DNA of 64,000 bases. It comes from Lentisphaeraceae bacterium (GTDB taxonomy: Bacteria > Verrucomicrobiota > Kiritimatiellia > RFP12 > DVOR01). Position numbers and translations under genes: made by a program. Below the pieces are notes generated by a model. That model was not told the DNA's origin and ran no database searches. It was given only the letters and a program-made list of their open reading frames with translations. Below are positions 18,225-28,590 of the stretch, in pieces; positions within the stretch are counted from its first letter, which is position 1, and every line of letters begins with the position of its first letter. The stretch is taken from assembly GCA_004555175.1 (NCBI GenBank), contig SFJE01000003.1, forward strand, positions 1,914 through 65,913, in the 5' to 3' direction.

Positions 18225-21200
18225 CTACTCCTCGCAGACCAAGCGAATGCCCACATTGGCCACGCGCTGCCAGCGCGGATAGTGAACGCGCAGGGAGACG
18301 CGCGAGAAGCGCGGCAAGAGGTCCCACGCGCCGCCACGGCAGACGACCTCGTCGGTGCCCTCGTAGGTGGAGGCGGTCCACTCGGCGGCATTGCCGATCA
18401 TATCCTTGAGACCGAAGGCGTTGGGCTTGTACTTGCCCACGATGCCCAGGACCTGCTGGCCGTCGTTGTAGCGCATGTCGCGGTGGTAGTAGTTGAGGGT
18501 TTGGCGCTGGTTGGGGATGCCATCGAGGGACTTATCGGCGAGGTTGGCGTAGGGGCCGAAGTTATCCTCCACGCCGCCCCAGTAGAAGGGGGTGTCGGTG
18601 CCGGCGCGGGCGGCCCACTCCCACTCCTCTTCGGTGGGCAGGCGGAACTTCTTGCCGGTCTTCTCGGAGAGCCACTTGCAGTAGGCGTTGGCCTCTTCCC
18701 AGGAAACGCGGACGGCGGGGAACCAGGGGTTGTTCATCACGTCGCAACCGGGGGTGGTGTGATCCTTGCCGAGCTGATCGATGTAGCCATTGTAGTGGGC
18801 GGGCTTCCAGCGCAGGAAGTTGCGCAGGGGCACCTCAATATCGGACATCAAGAAGGGCTTTTTGATGGTGACCGCGCGGGGGGTCTCATCGTGGTAGCCA
18901 TTGGGGTCGCCCATTACGAAGGTACCGGCGGGGATACGCAGGAAGGTGAGCGAGCCGCCGGGCATGTCCACCTGAACCGGCTGGGCCTTGATGCCCGTCA
19001 TCGGCCACCCCTCAACCTTGGGCGGCTCGGGCTTTTCGTGACGCTTCTTGGCGCGCTCCTTGGGCTGGATCTTGGCAATATCGGCGGCACACTTGGCGAA
19101 GTCGTAGGCTTCGGCCTCGATGGCGGAGTCGATATTGGAGACCTGATAGAGGGCGTTCCACTTTTCGCGGCGGGCGCGCGATTCGTTCATCCGCTCGAGC
19201 TGCTGCTGGGCGCCGTGAATGCCAATCCAGTTGCGGTGGAACTCGTTGGCCCAGTTGAGGGCGAAGTCGGTCCAGGTGCCCCAGAAGGGCGCATTGAGGT
19301 CAATCCAGGTGTAGAGCAAGCGCCACTCTTCGTCGGTGAGCTGCACGCCCTTGTGTCCGCGCTTGAGCATCTGAATGAGCACGGAGGTGTTGGCGGCATA
19401 TTCACCGGGGTTGAAGATGTGGTTATCGCTCTCGGGGCCGGGACGGCGGACGTAGGGGTTGAGGTCGTGATAGGAGCGGGTGAAGGCACCGGCGCCACCG
19501 GGGCGCAACCCATCACGATAGGGCAGGATGACCGGCTTGATGCTCGCCAGGTTCGGGCGGCGGCCGGTGAGCGACTGCTTGCCGTAGGGGCCATCCATCG
19601 TCATGTCGGTGTCGGTGGTCTCGTCGTTATGGCACTGAGCGCAGTTGCGCGTGAGGATGGGCTGAATATCGCGCATGAAGCTCCAGGTGAGCCCGCCACA
19701 GATCGAGGGCTCGAGCGCATCGGGCTTCGTCAGCAGCGGCGGCACATTGTAGATGGAGTTGGCCGACTCGTGGCAGCCGGTACAAGCCACCTTTTCGCCG
19801 GGCATCCCCACGAACCACGAGCGCATCAGCTGGATGGCCTGACCGTTGGCGTCCAGCGGCTGCAGGGCAATAGGCGTATGGGCCGGGGCCACAAAGTAGA
19901 CCGAGCCATCCTCGCGCACCGGCGCGGTGCCCAGGACATACTTCATATCCCAGCTCGACTCGGTGCCCACGCCTTCGTGCGAGCCTGCCTTATTATAGGC
20001 GTAGTGATAGGCAAAGACGCGCACCTGCTTGACCGTCCCGCGCGGCACGCCACGCAGCCCCGGGCCGTTGTAGATGTCGGCCACGTGCACGGTGCAGGTC
20101 TTCTCGCCGGGGACGATGCTGTCGGGGTAGACCGGCGGCGGGGTGGACTGCTCAAAGCGGATCGGCTCGGTGAGCGAGGAGCCCTCGATTTCGCACAGGA
20201 GCGTGAGGTTGTCGAAGACGTCCACCAGGTAGATGCCCCAGAGGTCCTCGCCACTGGCACGCATGGCGGTGAGGAAGTACTTGCCGGCGCCATCCTTGCG
20301 CGGGTTGTGGCCGAGCGGGAAGGGGGTGAGGAACTTGGGCCAGTCGCCCGCGTAGAGGTAGTCCTCAATGCGCTCGGGGATGGGCTTCTTCCAACCGGGG
20401 ATCATCTGCTCGCAACCGGCGGCCTCGGCACGGCCCTTGGAGACGTCGAAGAGCGCCAAGCGCCCGGCCTTGGAGGCGTGGTGACCGGTGGCCACGCAGA
20501 TAAACTTACCGTTCGCGCCGGGGATGGGCTTGGGGTCGCCATAGTGGTTGGGCCAGAAGCCGTTGGAGCCGAAGTAGGCCAGCTGACGGGTGCCGTCCGG
20601 GCGCATCGTCATCAGGATGCGGCTGAAGAAGTGGGTCTGATCGCAATACTCCCAGCGGACGAACATCACGCGTCCGTCATCGAGCATGGTGGGCGACCAG
20701 TTGGAGTCCTGGTCAAAGGTCAGGCGCTCCATCTTGTCGGTGGCCGGGTCGTAGCGATAGGTGTTGGTCATCGCCATGCGACCCGATTCGCAGGGCAGCC
20801 CCTGCTCGGAGGCGGTGGCCGTCACGATAAACTTGCCATCGGGCAGATAGCAGCCATCGCCAATGTCGTAATCCACGCCCTTGGGGGTGATTGGCTTGGC
20901 CTCGCCCTCGCCAAAGCGGTACTCCCAGAGCTTGAGGCGGTTGCCGTCCGCGGGGTCCTTCTTCACAAAGCAGACCCGCTTGGCATCCCAATTAAGGTCC
21001 ACGCAAGTCACCGACGCGCGCGGGGAGTTATAGAGCACCTCCACCTTCGGCGTCTCGGCCGCGAGGTCGGTAATCTTCACCAACTGCGAATTGATGCCGT
21101 GGTTGGCCTCCACCACATTGTAGCAGGCCATACTCGGCTGCGCCGGCGCATTCTGCCGCCGCGCATTCGGCCCGAAGTCATACTTCATCGCCAGCACTTC

Positions 21201-21524
21201 CATCCCGGCAACCATCGGCTGAGCGAGCACCGCGCGCTTCACTTCCAGCGTCAACGCCTTCGCGAGCGCCTCGTCCCCTTGCTCACGCAAGGCCTTGAGC
21301 GCCGCAGTCTTCCGCGCCGGCACCTCGCCAATCAGCGCACGCAGCGCCTCAAGCTCCGCGCTCTTGCCGTAGGTGACCTCCCAATCCTCGGCCATGCGCC
21401 CCAACGCCTCGGGATTGATGCGCTCGACCGCGCGCGCCAAGCACTTCTGCTGAACCGTCAAATTCGCCGCCGACACCCATGCCGCCAGCCCAACAAAGAG
21501 TACACTCAAGCAAATCTTCATCAC
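18225..21524 (-). CDS. Exported 1099-aa multidomain protein: signal peptide, central di-haem cytochrome c segment (PSCyt1-like), and C-terminal formylglycine-generating-enzyme (SUMF1/FGE-sulfatase) domain
   Basis: Signal peptide MMKICLSVLFVGLAAWVSA. Two CxxCH motifs (CTGCH, CAQCH) with the Planctomycete-cytochrome pattern F..DIQPIL...C..CH. The C-terminal FGE-like motifs are GNAAEW and RGGAW. Confidence 0.7.
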   Translation of the reverse strand: MMKICLSVLFVGLAAWVSAANLTVQQKCLARAVERINPEALGRMAEDWEVTYGKSAELEALRALIGEVPARKTAALKALREQGDEALAKALTLEVKRAVLAQPMVAGMEVLAMKYDFGPNARRQNAPAQPSMACYNVVEANHGINSQLVKITDLAAETPKVEVLYNSPRASVTCVDLNWDAKRVCFVKKDPADGNRLKLWEYRFGEGEAKPITPKGVDYDIGDGCYLPDGKFIVTATASEQGLPCESGRMAMTNTYRYDPATDKMERLTFDQDSNWSPTMLDDGRVMFVRWEYCDQTHFFSRILMTMRPDGTRQLAYFGSNGFWPNHYGDPKPIPGANGKFICVATGHHASKAGRLALFDVSKGRAEAAGCEQMIPGWKKPIPERIEDYLYAGDWPKFLTPFPLGHNPRKDGAGKYFLTAMRASGEDLWGIYLVDVFDNLTLLCEIEGSSLTEPIRFEQSTPPPVYPDSIVPGEKTCTVHVADIYNGPGLRGVPRGTVKQVRVFAYHYAYNKAGSHEGVGTESSWDMKYVLGTAPVREDGSVYFVAPAHTPIALQPLDANGQAIQLMRSWFVGMPGEKVACTGCHESANSIYNVPPLLTKPDALEPSICGGLTWSFMRDIQPILTRNCAQCHNDETTDTDMTMDGPYGKQSLTGRRPNLASIKPVILPYRDGLRPGGAGAFTRSYHDLNPYVRRPGPESDNHIFNPGEYAANTSVLIQMLKRGHKGVQLTDEEWRLLYTWIDLNAPFWGTWTDFALNWANEFHRNWIGIHGAQQQLERMNESRARREKWNALYQVSNIDSAIEAEAYDFAKCAADIAKIQPKERAKKRHEKPEPPKVEGWPMTGIKAQPVQVDMPGGSLTFLRIPAGTFVMGDPNGYHDETPRAVTIKKPFLMSDIEVPLRNFLRWKPAHYNGYIDQLGKDHTTPGCDVMNNPWFPAVRVSWEEANAYCKWLSEKTGKKFRLPTEEEWEWAARAGTDTPFYWGGVEDNFGPYANLADKSLDGIPNQRQTLNYYHRDMRYNDGQQVLGIVGKYKPNAFGLKDMIGNAAEWTASTYEGTDEVVCRGGAWDLLPRFSRVSLRVHYPRWQRVANVGIRLVCEE

Positions 21525-21639
21525 GCATGCTCCTTCTGCTTACGTCATATAGTGTAGCACACCCACGCCCAAAAGCAAACGCCTTTGACAATTCTAGGGT
21601 TTGCAATTTCAATCGCACCACGATGGCATTGCCTCTCGC

Positions 21640-21800
21640 CCGGCCGTAAACTAATAAGACCCCGTCTTATTGGCAACAAGACCCCGTCTTATTGGCAACA
21701 AGACGGGGCCTTAATAATTCCCGCCGCCCCGGGGGGAAGTTTTCGCCCGGCGTGCGGGAAGTTACGCCAGCCCGAGGCACAGTTTTCCGGCGGGAGCGGT
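21640..21800. repeat. Partial copy of the promoter-proximal element with 22-mer hairpin units (AATAAGACCCCGTCTTATTGGCAAC x2 inverted, x1 direct) and a GAGCGGTTAGT module, upstream of tolB
   Basis: Shares the unit sequence with 42509-42606 and 59523-59619. TTTGCTACAAT sits at 21905. Confidence 0.6.
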
Positions 21801-21928
21801 TAGTGGTTTGCGCGGAGGTCTCCTCTCGGTCCCAAGGAGCCCCTCACGCGAGCGGTAGTGCGCACCTTGCGGCGACCTTCTTTCGGTGATTACAATTCTT
21901 TCTGCGCGCGCGGGAGGTTTTTGCTACA

Positions 21929-23152
21929 ATGGCGGGCATGAGAGTTTTTGTGTGCACTTTGGCGATGATGGTTGCGGCGTGGTTGGGCGCGGCTCCGGTG
22001 ATTGATGTGGATGTGACGGGCGTGGCGAAGCAATCGCTCTCGTTGAGTGGCGTGACGGCTTCGGGCGCGGGAGCGGAGACTTTTCTCAAGACTTTGCAGA
22101 ATGACCTGTTGCGCTGCGGGTGGTATCGTTTGGCGGCGAATGGGCAGGTGAAGGTGACCGGGCAGTTGACGGGCGCGGCTGGGGTGAATGAGCAGCTGAC
22201 GGTGGCTTGGCCGGGGAAGCGTTTTGCCTGGCCGCGGCAGGCGATGTCGGCCGCCGAGGGGCGCAAACACGCGCACGAATTGGCCGATACGATCGTCAAT
22301 GCCACCACGGGCGAAAAGGGGATTGCGCAGAGCCGGTTTGCGATGGTGGCCAAGACGGGCACTTCGCGCACCGGGCAGGCGATTGAGGACCTCTATGTCT
22401 GCGATTACGATGGCTATAACATTACGCGCCTGACGCGCGATGGCGCGCCGATTATTGGCCCGCGCTGGGCGCCGGGCGGCAAGCAGATCTACTTCACCAG
22501 CTATCGCCTCGGCTTCCCGGCGGTCTTCGTGGCCGATGTGGAAACCAAAAGCGTGACGCGTCTGGCGGAGTTTCGCGGGCTGAGCACGGGGGCGGTGCCG
22601 TCGCCGGCGGATCCCAACAAGTTGGCGATCATTCTGGCGCACCAGGGTAATCCCGAGCTCTATATTATGGATGCGCGCACGCGGCACCTCACGCGCCTGA
22701 CGGAGACGAAGTTAGCGGCGGAGGCGAGTCCGTGCTGGTCGCCCGATGGGCGGAAGATTTGCTATGTCTCGGATGTGGCCGGCTCGCCGCAGCTCTATAT
22801 TGTGGATGTGGCCACGAAGCAATCGCGGCGGCTGACCTTCAAGGGCGGGGAGTCGGTGCAGCCGGATTGGGGCAAGCGGGGGATTGTCTTTGCCACCAAG
22901 CGCGGGGCGCCCTATCGCGTGGCGGTGATTGACCCGGAGAAGGGCGAGCGCTCGCTGCGCTACCTCACGCCCCAGAACGAGATTTACGAATCGCCCTCTT
23001 GGGCACCGGATGGGCGGCACGTGGTGGCCGCGCGCACGCAGGGCCGTCAGCGCACGCTCTGGGTGTTGGATGCCGAAGAGAAGGGCGAGAAGCCCTATCA
23101 ACCCTTTTCAGGCGGGAGCACGCAGTGGCTCAATCCCGCTTGGTCCAAGTAA
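21929..23152 (+). CDS. tolB: Tol-Pal system beta-propeller protein TolB
   Basis: Signal peptide, N-terminal TolB domain, and repeated WD-like blades (SP.WSPDG). Confidence 0.85.
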   Translation: MAGMRVFVCTLAMMVAAWLGAAPVIDVDVTGVAKQSLSLSGVTASGAGAETFLKTLQNDLLRCGWYRLAANGQVKVTGQLTGAAGVNEQLTVAWPGKRFAWPRQAMSAAEGRKHAHELADTIVNATTGEKGIAQSRFAMVAKTGTSRTGQAIEDLYVCDYDGYNITRLTRDGAPIIGPRWAPGGKQIYFTSYRLGFPAVFVADVETKSVTRLAEFRGLSTGAVPSPADPNKLAIILAHQGNPELYIMDARTRHLTRLTETKLAAEASPCWSPDGRKICYVSDVAGSPQLYIVDVATKQSRRLTFKGGESVQPDWGKRGIVFATKRGAPYRVAVIDPEKGERSLRYLTPQNEIYESPSWAPDGRHVVAARTQGRQRTLWVLDAEEKGEKPYQPFSGGSTQWLNPAWSK

Positions 23153-23179
23153 ACTTGAGCCACAGAAGGAAGCAAGACG

Positions 23180-23749
23180 ATGCGGATGTCCTTGATGATT
23201 GCCCTGTTGGCCGCCACGGCGATGGTCTTTACGGGGTGCGAACTGAAGAATGGCGCGGCCGGGGATAACTCGGAGGCCATGGGCGCTGGCATGGGTGGCG
23301 ATGCCGGAGACGATGTGGCCATCGACCCCAATGGCGCCGGCTATGACCCCAACGACCCCAACGTGGGCGCCTTCGGCTCGGACCGCTTTGAAGATACCCG
23401 CGAGCGCGTGCTCGATGCCGACCTCGCCCCGCTCTACTTCACCTTCGATTCCTACACGCTGCCCACCGAGGAGATCTCCAAGGCCGAGGCGGCCGCCGAG
23501 TATCTCATTGAGAACCCCACCCATGTGATGATTGTGGAAGGCCACTGCGACGAGCGCGGCTCGAACGAGTATAACCTCTCCCTCTCCGAGAACCGCGCCG
23601 GCGGCGTGCGCGATTACCTCATCTCCTACGGCATCGACCCGGCCCGCCTGCAGACCCGCGCCTTTGGCGAGGAGAAGCCCGCGGTCCCCGGTCAGACCGA
23701 AGAGGCCTTCCGCAAGAACCGCCGCGCCGAGTTTGTTCCCTATAAGTAA
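23180..23749 (+). CDS. pal: Peptidoglycan-associated lipoprotein (OmpA-family, Pal)
   Basis: Lipobox VFTGC and an OmpA C-terminal domain (NEYNLSLSENRA..V..YL). Confidence 0.85.
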   Translation: MRMSLMIALLAATAMVFTGCELKNGAAGDNSEAMGAGMGGDAGDDVAIDPNGAGYDPNDPNVGAFGSDRFEDTRERVLDADLAPLYFTFDSYTLPTEEISKAEAAAEYLIENPTHVMIVEGHCDERGSNEYNLSLSENRAGGVRDYLISYGIDPARLQTRAFGEEKPAVPGQTEEAFRKNRRAEFVPYK

Positions 23750-23830
23750 GTGTTGCAGTTGACGCAACGGCCCCGGTGACTTTATGCGCCGGGGCTTGCG
23801 CGATGCGCACACAAGCCCAACGCACCGGCG

Positions 23831-24259
23831 ATGTCCTTCCTCGAAACACTCGTTATCCTGCTCGTGGCCGTAGTGGTCCTGGGTCCCAAACGTTTGCCCG
23901 AGGCCGCCCGCAAGGTGGGCCACTGGATGGGCGTGCTCCGCCGCGCCTCCGATGAGTTCAAACAGCAACTGATGACGATGGATCAGGCCCTCGAAAAGCA
24001 GGTGAACGCGGCGGTCAACACCTCCACCGGCGAGCTTGATCACCTCCTGCCCTCCGATGAGGAGCTGGCGCAGGCGATGGACTTCGGTCCGCCGCCGCTC
24101 TCGCCCGATGACGTTCTGGCCACTGCCCCCGTCCCTGGCGGTCTGGCGCCAACCCCGCCGCCGGCGGAGGAAAAGCCGGCCGAGGCCGCGCCCGTTGAAG
24201 CCGCGCCCGTTGAGGCGACAGCTGAGCCCGCCGAAGCGCAACCGAAAGAGGAGGCCTAA
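23831..24259 (+). CDS. tatB: Twin-arginine translocase subunit TatA/TatB family
   Basis: N-terminal TM helix plus amphipathic helix (MSFLETLVILLVAVVVLGPKRLPE) and an Ala/Pro-rich tail. Confidence 0.7.
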   Translation: MSFLETLVILLVAVVVLGPKRLPEAARKVGHWMGVLRRASDEFKQQLMTMDQALEKQVNAAVNTSTGELDHLLPSDEELAQAMDFGPPPLSPDDVLATAPVPGGLAPTPPPAEEKPAEAAPVEAAPVEATAEPAEAQPKEEA

Positions 24260-25095
24260 TGGCCAAGACCCAGCCGCCGAGCAAGCGCCTGCAAGCGCGT
24301 TTCCGCCGTCTCTTCGCCGAGACCGCCGAGGACCGCGCGCAGGAGGAGAAGCTGGATCCGCCGCGGCCCTTCATTGAGCACTTTATCGACCTGCGCAACT
24401 GCATTGTCCGCTGTGCGGTGGCGTGGGCCCTGGGGATGCTCCTCATCGCGCCCTTCTCCCCGTGGGTCATCGAGGCGCTCCAGTGGCCGCTGCGCACGTC
24501 GGGTCTGGCCGAGGCGGGGGTCCAGATGCAGGGGCTCGAGGTGGGCGTGGGCTTCTCGCTCTTTATGACGACGATGCTGTGGGGCGGGACCATTCTCGCG
24601 CTCCCGGCGATGCTCTACTTCATCTTCCAATTCGTCTTCCCCGGTCTGCGCCGCCACGAGCGCAACCTCATCCGCTTTACGCTCGGGGTGGGCGTCTTCC
24701 TCTTCTTGGGGGGGGTCTCGCTCTGCTTTGGTTTCACGCTCAAACTGGCCCTGCGCGCGCTGATGGCCATCAACGCGTGGATGAACGTGCCGGTGGAGTT
24801 CTTGCAGGCCGAGCCCTATATCGGCTTTGTGCTCAAGGTGCTACTGGCCTTTGGCCTGGCCTTCCAGTTCCCCTTGGTACTGCTGGCGCTGGGGTGGCTG
24901 GGACTGATTTCGGCCGAGAGCCTGCGCGCGCGGCGCGGCTTGGCCATTGTGGGCATCTTTGTCTTGGCAATGTTCCTGACGCCGCCGGACCCCCTTTCGC
25001 AAATTGTGATGGCAGTGCCGATGTGCCTGCTCTATGAGATGACGATCTGGCTCGTGCGCCTCCGCGAAAAGGTGGCCGCCGAGGCCGAGGAGTAA
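24259..25095 (+). CDS. tatC: Twin-arginine translocase subunit TatC
   Basis: Six-TM TatC signature (HFIDLRNCIV....PF). The start overlaps the tatB stop. Confidence 0.9.
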   Translation: MAKTQPPSKRLQARFRRLFAETAEDRAQEEKLDPPRPFIEHFIDLRNCIVRCAVAWALGMLLIAPFSPWVIEALQWPLRTSGLAEAGVQMQGLEVGVGFSLFMTTMLWGGTILALPAMLYFIFQFVFPGLRRHERNLIRFTLGVGVFLFLGGVSLCFGFTLKLALRALMAINAWMNVPVEFLQAEPYIGFVLKVLLAFGLAFQFPLVLLALGWLGLISAESLRARRGLAIVGIFVLAMFLTPPDPLSQIVMAVPMCLLYEMTIWLVRLREKVAAEAEE

Positions 25096-25098
25096 ACA

Positions 25099-26283
25099 AT
25101 GGGCTTTGAATCCGGTTCCTTTTCCTTCCACGCCTTCTACCTCTCGCGCGGCTTCGAGCCCACCGAGATGGAGGCCTTTGCCAAGCGCGCCCTGCCCCCC
25201 ATCAAGACCCTGACCGGCGATGCGCCCCTCCACGGTTGGGCCGGCCCCGCCCACGCCCTCGATCTCGACCTCACCGAGGAGCACTGCTGGCGCGGCGACT
25301 GGCTTTGGTTCTCGCACGTGACCGCCCAGAAGAAGGTCCCCCCGAGCCTCCTGCGCGCCACCATCCTCGCCGAACTCGAGATTGAGCGCAAGGCCCGCCA
25401 GGTGGAAGTCCTCCCGCGCGCGGCAAAAACCGAGGTCCGCGAGCGCGTTCAAGAGGCTCTTTTGGCCGACGCGCAACCCTCCTTCGGCTCGATGGAGTGT
25501 GCGATTGACCTGCGCAACCAGCGCCTGCTCGCCTCGGCCATGACCGATGCCGCCGCCCAGGTCCTCTGCCCCTTCTTCCGCGAGAGCACCGGCGTAATGC
25601 CCGTGATGCTCTGCCCCGAGAGTGCCGCCTACCGCCTCTGCGGCATCGATTGCAACAGCCTCGAGCTGGTCAACATGACCCCGAACGAGGAGATTGGCGT
25701 GCCACCGGAGATCACTCTGGGCACCGAGTTCCTCACCTGGCTCTTCTACCACTGGGAGAAGGAAGAGGCCACCTTCGACTTTAATGGCGAACAATGCGGC
25801 CTCATGTTCGAGGGCCCGCTCATGTTCTCTGGCGACAAGGCCCCCGGCTGCCACGAAACCGTCCTGCGCAACGGCACCCCCCTCGACACCCCCGAGTTCG
25901 GCATCGCCCTCTGGAATGGCAAGAAACTCCGCCGCGCACGCCTCACCCTCACCAAGGGCGACTGGATCTGCTCGGCCACCGTCGATGGCTACGACTTCGC
26001 CTTCCGCTCGATGAAGGTCGACCCGCCCAAGAAGGCCAAGTCCGCCACCCCCGACGCCGTCGACGAAATGCCCTCGCTCAACGCCCCCGGCGCCAAAAAT
26101 CCCGCCGCCGAGCGCCCCGGCAACGACAAGCTCGCCGTCGATGAGCGCCTCGACCGCGCCGCCTTCTATGTCGACGCCTTCCTCCACCTCTATAAGCACT
26201 TCCTGTCCCTGCGCGAAGACCCCATCGCCTGGAAGGGCGTCCTCGCCAAGATTGGCCCCTGGATTGAAGCGCGCGCCAAGTAA
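25099..26283 (+). CDS. rdgC: RdgC-like recombination-associated protein (N-terminal RdgC homology with an extended C-terminus)
   Basis: Resemblance to E. coli RdgC from memory (F..YRL; GW.GP; KK.PPSL.....LE....AR). The assignment is from recall and is moderately confident. Confidence 0.5.
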   Translation: MGFESGSFSFHAFYLSRGFEPTEMEAFAKRALPPIKTLTGDAPLHGWAGPAHALDLDLTEEHCWRGDWLWFSHVTAQKKVPPSLLRATILAELEIERKARQVEVLPRAAKTEVRERVQEALLADAQPSFGSMECAIDLRNQRLLASAMTDAAAQVLCPFFRESTGVMPVMLCPESAAYRLCGIDCNSLELVNMTPNEEIGVPPEITLGTEFLTWLFYHWEKEEATFDFNGEQCGLMFEGPLMFSGDKAPGCHETVLRNGTPLDTPEFGIALWNGKKLRRARLTLTKGDWICSATVDGYDFAFRSMKVDPPKKAKSATPDAVDEMPSLNAPGAKNPAAERPGNDKLAVDERLDRAAFYVDAFLHLYKHFLSLREDPIAWKGVLAKIGPWIEARAK

Positions 26284-26291
26284 GGCCGCCC

Positions 26292-26984
26292 ATGGCCTCT
26301 GGCGACTTCCCCTACGCCCTCGATGAGCCCGCCGCCTGGCGCGGGCTCGCCCCCGAGTCCCTGCGCGCGGTTCCCTGCCCCCACGCCCCCGCTGGCACCC
26401 ACGCCTGCCGCTTCGCTCCGGAAAGCAAGGTCGCCCTCTTCCGCCAAGTGGCCGCCCTCGGCGCGCGTAGCGAAGTCCGCTGCCTACTCCTCGCCGAACC
26501 CGAGCGCGCTCCCGCGGAAGGCGAAGTCGCCGTCATCGCCGAAGATCTCCGCCGCTGGCTCGCCGCCCATCCCGGCCCCTTCCCCCACCCCATCGGCCTC
26601 CTCTGCTCCGGCGCCCCCTATCCCTGCGGCCCCACCCCCCTCTGCGAAACCACCCCCGAAGGCCGCCGACAAGACGAAGCGGAGGCCCTGCAAACCCTCT
26701 TCACCCGCAGCGAAAGCCTCGCCGAAGCCATCGAAATGGCCTTTGGCACCCTGCCGCCGCAAGAGCGCGAGTTCGTCCACGCCTGGGCCCATCGGCCCGA
26801 CCCCAACCACCCCTCGCGCCCCATCGCGATTTACCTCCTCGCCGAACAATTCCACTTTTCCCGCCGCAAAGGCTTCAAGATCCTCGCCGCCGCCAAGTCC
26901 CTCAACCCCACCGTCTACGCCCGCCTCGACGCCCTACGCAAGCAACGCCTACGCAAAACCGGCGCCTGGCAAGTCCGCGGCTAA
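26292..26984 (+). CDS. Hypothetical protein
   Basis: Strong third-position GC bias in this frame. No recognisable domain. Confidence 0.45.
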   Translation: MASGDFPYALDEPAAWRGLAPESLRAVPCPHAPAGTHACRFAPESKVALFRQVAALGARSEVRCLLLAEPERAPAEGEVAVIAEDLRRWLAAHPGPFPHPIGLLCSGAPYPCGPTPLCETTPEGRRQDEAEALQTLFTRSESLAEAIEMAFGTLPPQEREFVHAWAHRPDPNHPSRPIAIYLLAEQFHFSRRKGFKILAAAKSLNPTVYARLDALRKQRLRKTGAWQVRG

Positions 26985-27136
26985 CCCCCACCCGAACCGA
27001 ATACTAAACCCACCGCGTTAAGAGTTGCGCCTCGGCCTGGTGCAACGCCCTGCACGCCGCGAGGGTTCCAGCCGCCTCCCGGACGATGTAGAATTGCGCG
27101 ACAAGCTCGGGCGCGGAGATATCTGCGCCGGGTATT

Positions 27137-28318
27137 TTATTGAGCGAGGCGTTGGGCGCGGTGGCGGTTGAGGTAATCGCTGAAGAGGGGAACGGAGAAG
27201 GCGAGGGTGCCGTGGCTGGGGCTATAAACCATGCCCTTCTTGATGAGGGAGCTGCGGCGCGGACCAAGCGAGCTCATATTGATATGGAGCCGCGCGGCAA
27301 TCTCCGAAACCTTGGGAGTTGGGCCGGGCACCTCGGCCATCGCGAAGACAAACTCCTTTTCGGCGTTGGTCATCCGCTCCATCCGGACGCGGAAGAAGCT
27401 TTCATCGAGACGCCGCAACACCTTTGGCGTAACGGCTTCGACGGCTTCGGCGAGGATTGGTGAAGCCTCAATGGCGTTCCAGAGTTGATAGCCCCATTCT
27501 TGCAAGAAGTAGGGATAGCCTTGGGTCTTGGCGTGGATACACGTGGCCGCTTCGTCGGTCAGCACCACATGCGCTTCAGCGAAGGGCTCGCGGATGGCCT
27601 TGGCGGAGTCTTCGGGAGAGAGCGCGCCGACAGTTTGGAAGTGAATTAACCGTTCAGCATAGGACTTTACATTGCCCGTGAGCCCAGGCAGAAAGGGCAA
27701 CCCGGCAGCAAACAGGGCCATCGGAAGCGAGTCCTGCTGCATACGATGCATTGCCATAATCAGCGCGTCGAGGTCCTTTTCGCCAAGATATTGGATTTCA
27801 TCCAGAATGAGAAGCACACCCTGCTGTTTCTCCTGGACGGCTTCGGCCACGGTTGCAAGCAGCTCGCCAAGGTCGAAGGCCAAGTCCCCGCTGTCGGCAA
27901 TCCCGTGCTGCGGCTCAATCTCCAACCCAAAGTCGCCCATCTCGACCTTCACAGTGCCGATAAAGTTGCGCAGAGCCATCAGACTCCGCTTGACCTTTTC
28001 CTTGGCTCCGCGCTGGCGATCCAACTCAAAGAGCGTTTTTTTGAGCGGTGCAACGAGCAATGCACTCAGGGACCGCTCCTCGGTCGCTTCGATATGAATA
28101 GGGATAACTTTAGTTTGTGCCGCCATCCGCCGCACTTCACCCAACAGGACTGTTTTCCCCACGCCGCGCAGGCCAGTCAAAATCACACTTTGCACCGGGA
28201 AACCCCGTTCCAAACGCTTGATAAGCACATTGGCGCTCGTCAAGATATCCTCGCGGCCGACCAACTCCGGCGGCGGGGCCCCGGCTCCGGGAGAGAAGGG
28301 ATTGATAATCGGATCCAT
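27137..28318 (-). CDS. ATP-binding protein, archaeal-type ATPase family (PF01637-like AAA domain plus C-terminal winged-helix / DUF234-like)
   Basis: Motif F.PGAGAPP.ELVGRE......L...........ILTGLRGVGKT, Walker B LLILDEIQ. The ORF opens at 28396. ATG 28318 has an AAAGGAG SD and a canonical TTGATA-18-TATACT promoter. Confidence 0.7.
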   Translation of the reverse strand: MDPIINPFSPGAGAPPPELVGREDILTSANVLIKRLERGFPVQSVILTGLRGVGKTVLLGEVRRMAAQTKVIPIHIEATEERSLSALLVAPLKKTLFELDRQRGAKEKVKRSLMALRNFIGTVKVEMGDFGLEIEPQHGIADSGDLAFDLGELLATVAEAVQEKQQGVLLILDEIQYLGEKDLDALIMAMHRMQQDSLPMALFAAGLPFLPGLTGNVKSYAERLIHFQTVGALSPEDSAKAIREPFAEAHVVLTDEAATCIHAKTQGYPYFLQEWGYQLWNAIEASPILAEAVEAVTPKVLRRLDESFFRVRMERMTNAEKEFVFAMAEVPGPTPKVSEIAARLHINMSSLGPRRSSLIKKGMVYSPSHGTLAFSVPLFSDYLNRHRAQRLAQ

Positions 28319-28344
28319 ACGCGCTCCTTTCCTGTCTTTGGCGG

Positions 28345-28374
28345 AAGTATAGCAAAGTCTAACGAACAATATCA
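28345..28374 (-). promoter_or_regulatory. Canonical sigma70 promoter (TTGATA, 18-bp spacer, TATACT) in an AT-rich stretch driving the PF01637 ATPase gene
   Basis: Read on the minus strand: TTGATATTGTTCGTTAGACTTTGCTATACT. Confidence 0.5.
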
Positions 28375-28530
28375 AGAAATAAGAAAAACGCGCCACTCAG
28401 CCACGATGTGCCGCCAATCGATCAAAGTGCTCGCTAAACACATAGACACGCTAGCACTTCACGAATCCCCTCCCGTGATTAAAACACCTTATGCCCCCTC
28501 GCCCCTTTTGGGCCGTGGCGGCTCCCTTTT

Positions 28531-28590
28531 GAGGTAGGGCCTAGGTGACCTCGAGGTAGGGCCTAGGTCGAGGCGAGGTAGGGCCTTTCG
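28531..28590. repeat. Tandem repeat (GAGGTAGGGCCTAGGT-like unit, ~3 copies)
   Basis: Direct reading. Confidence 0.6.
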
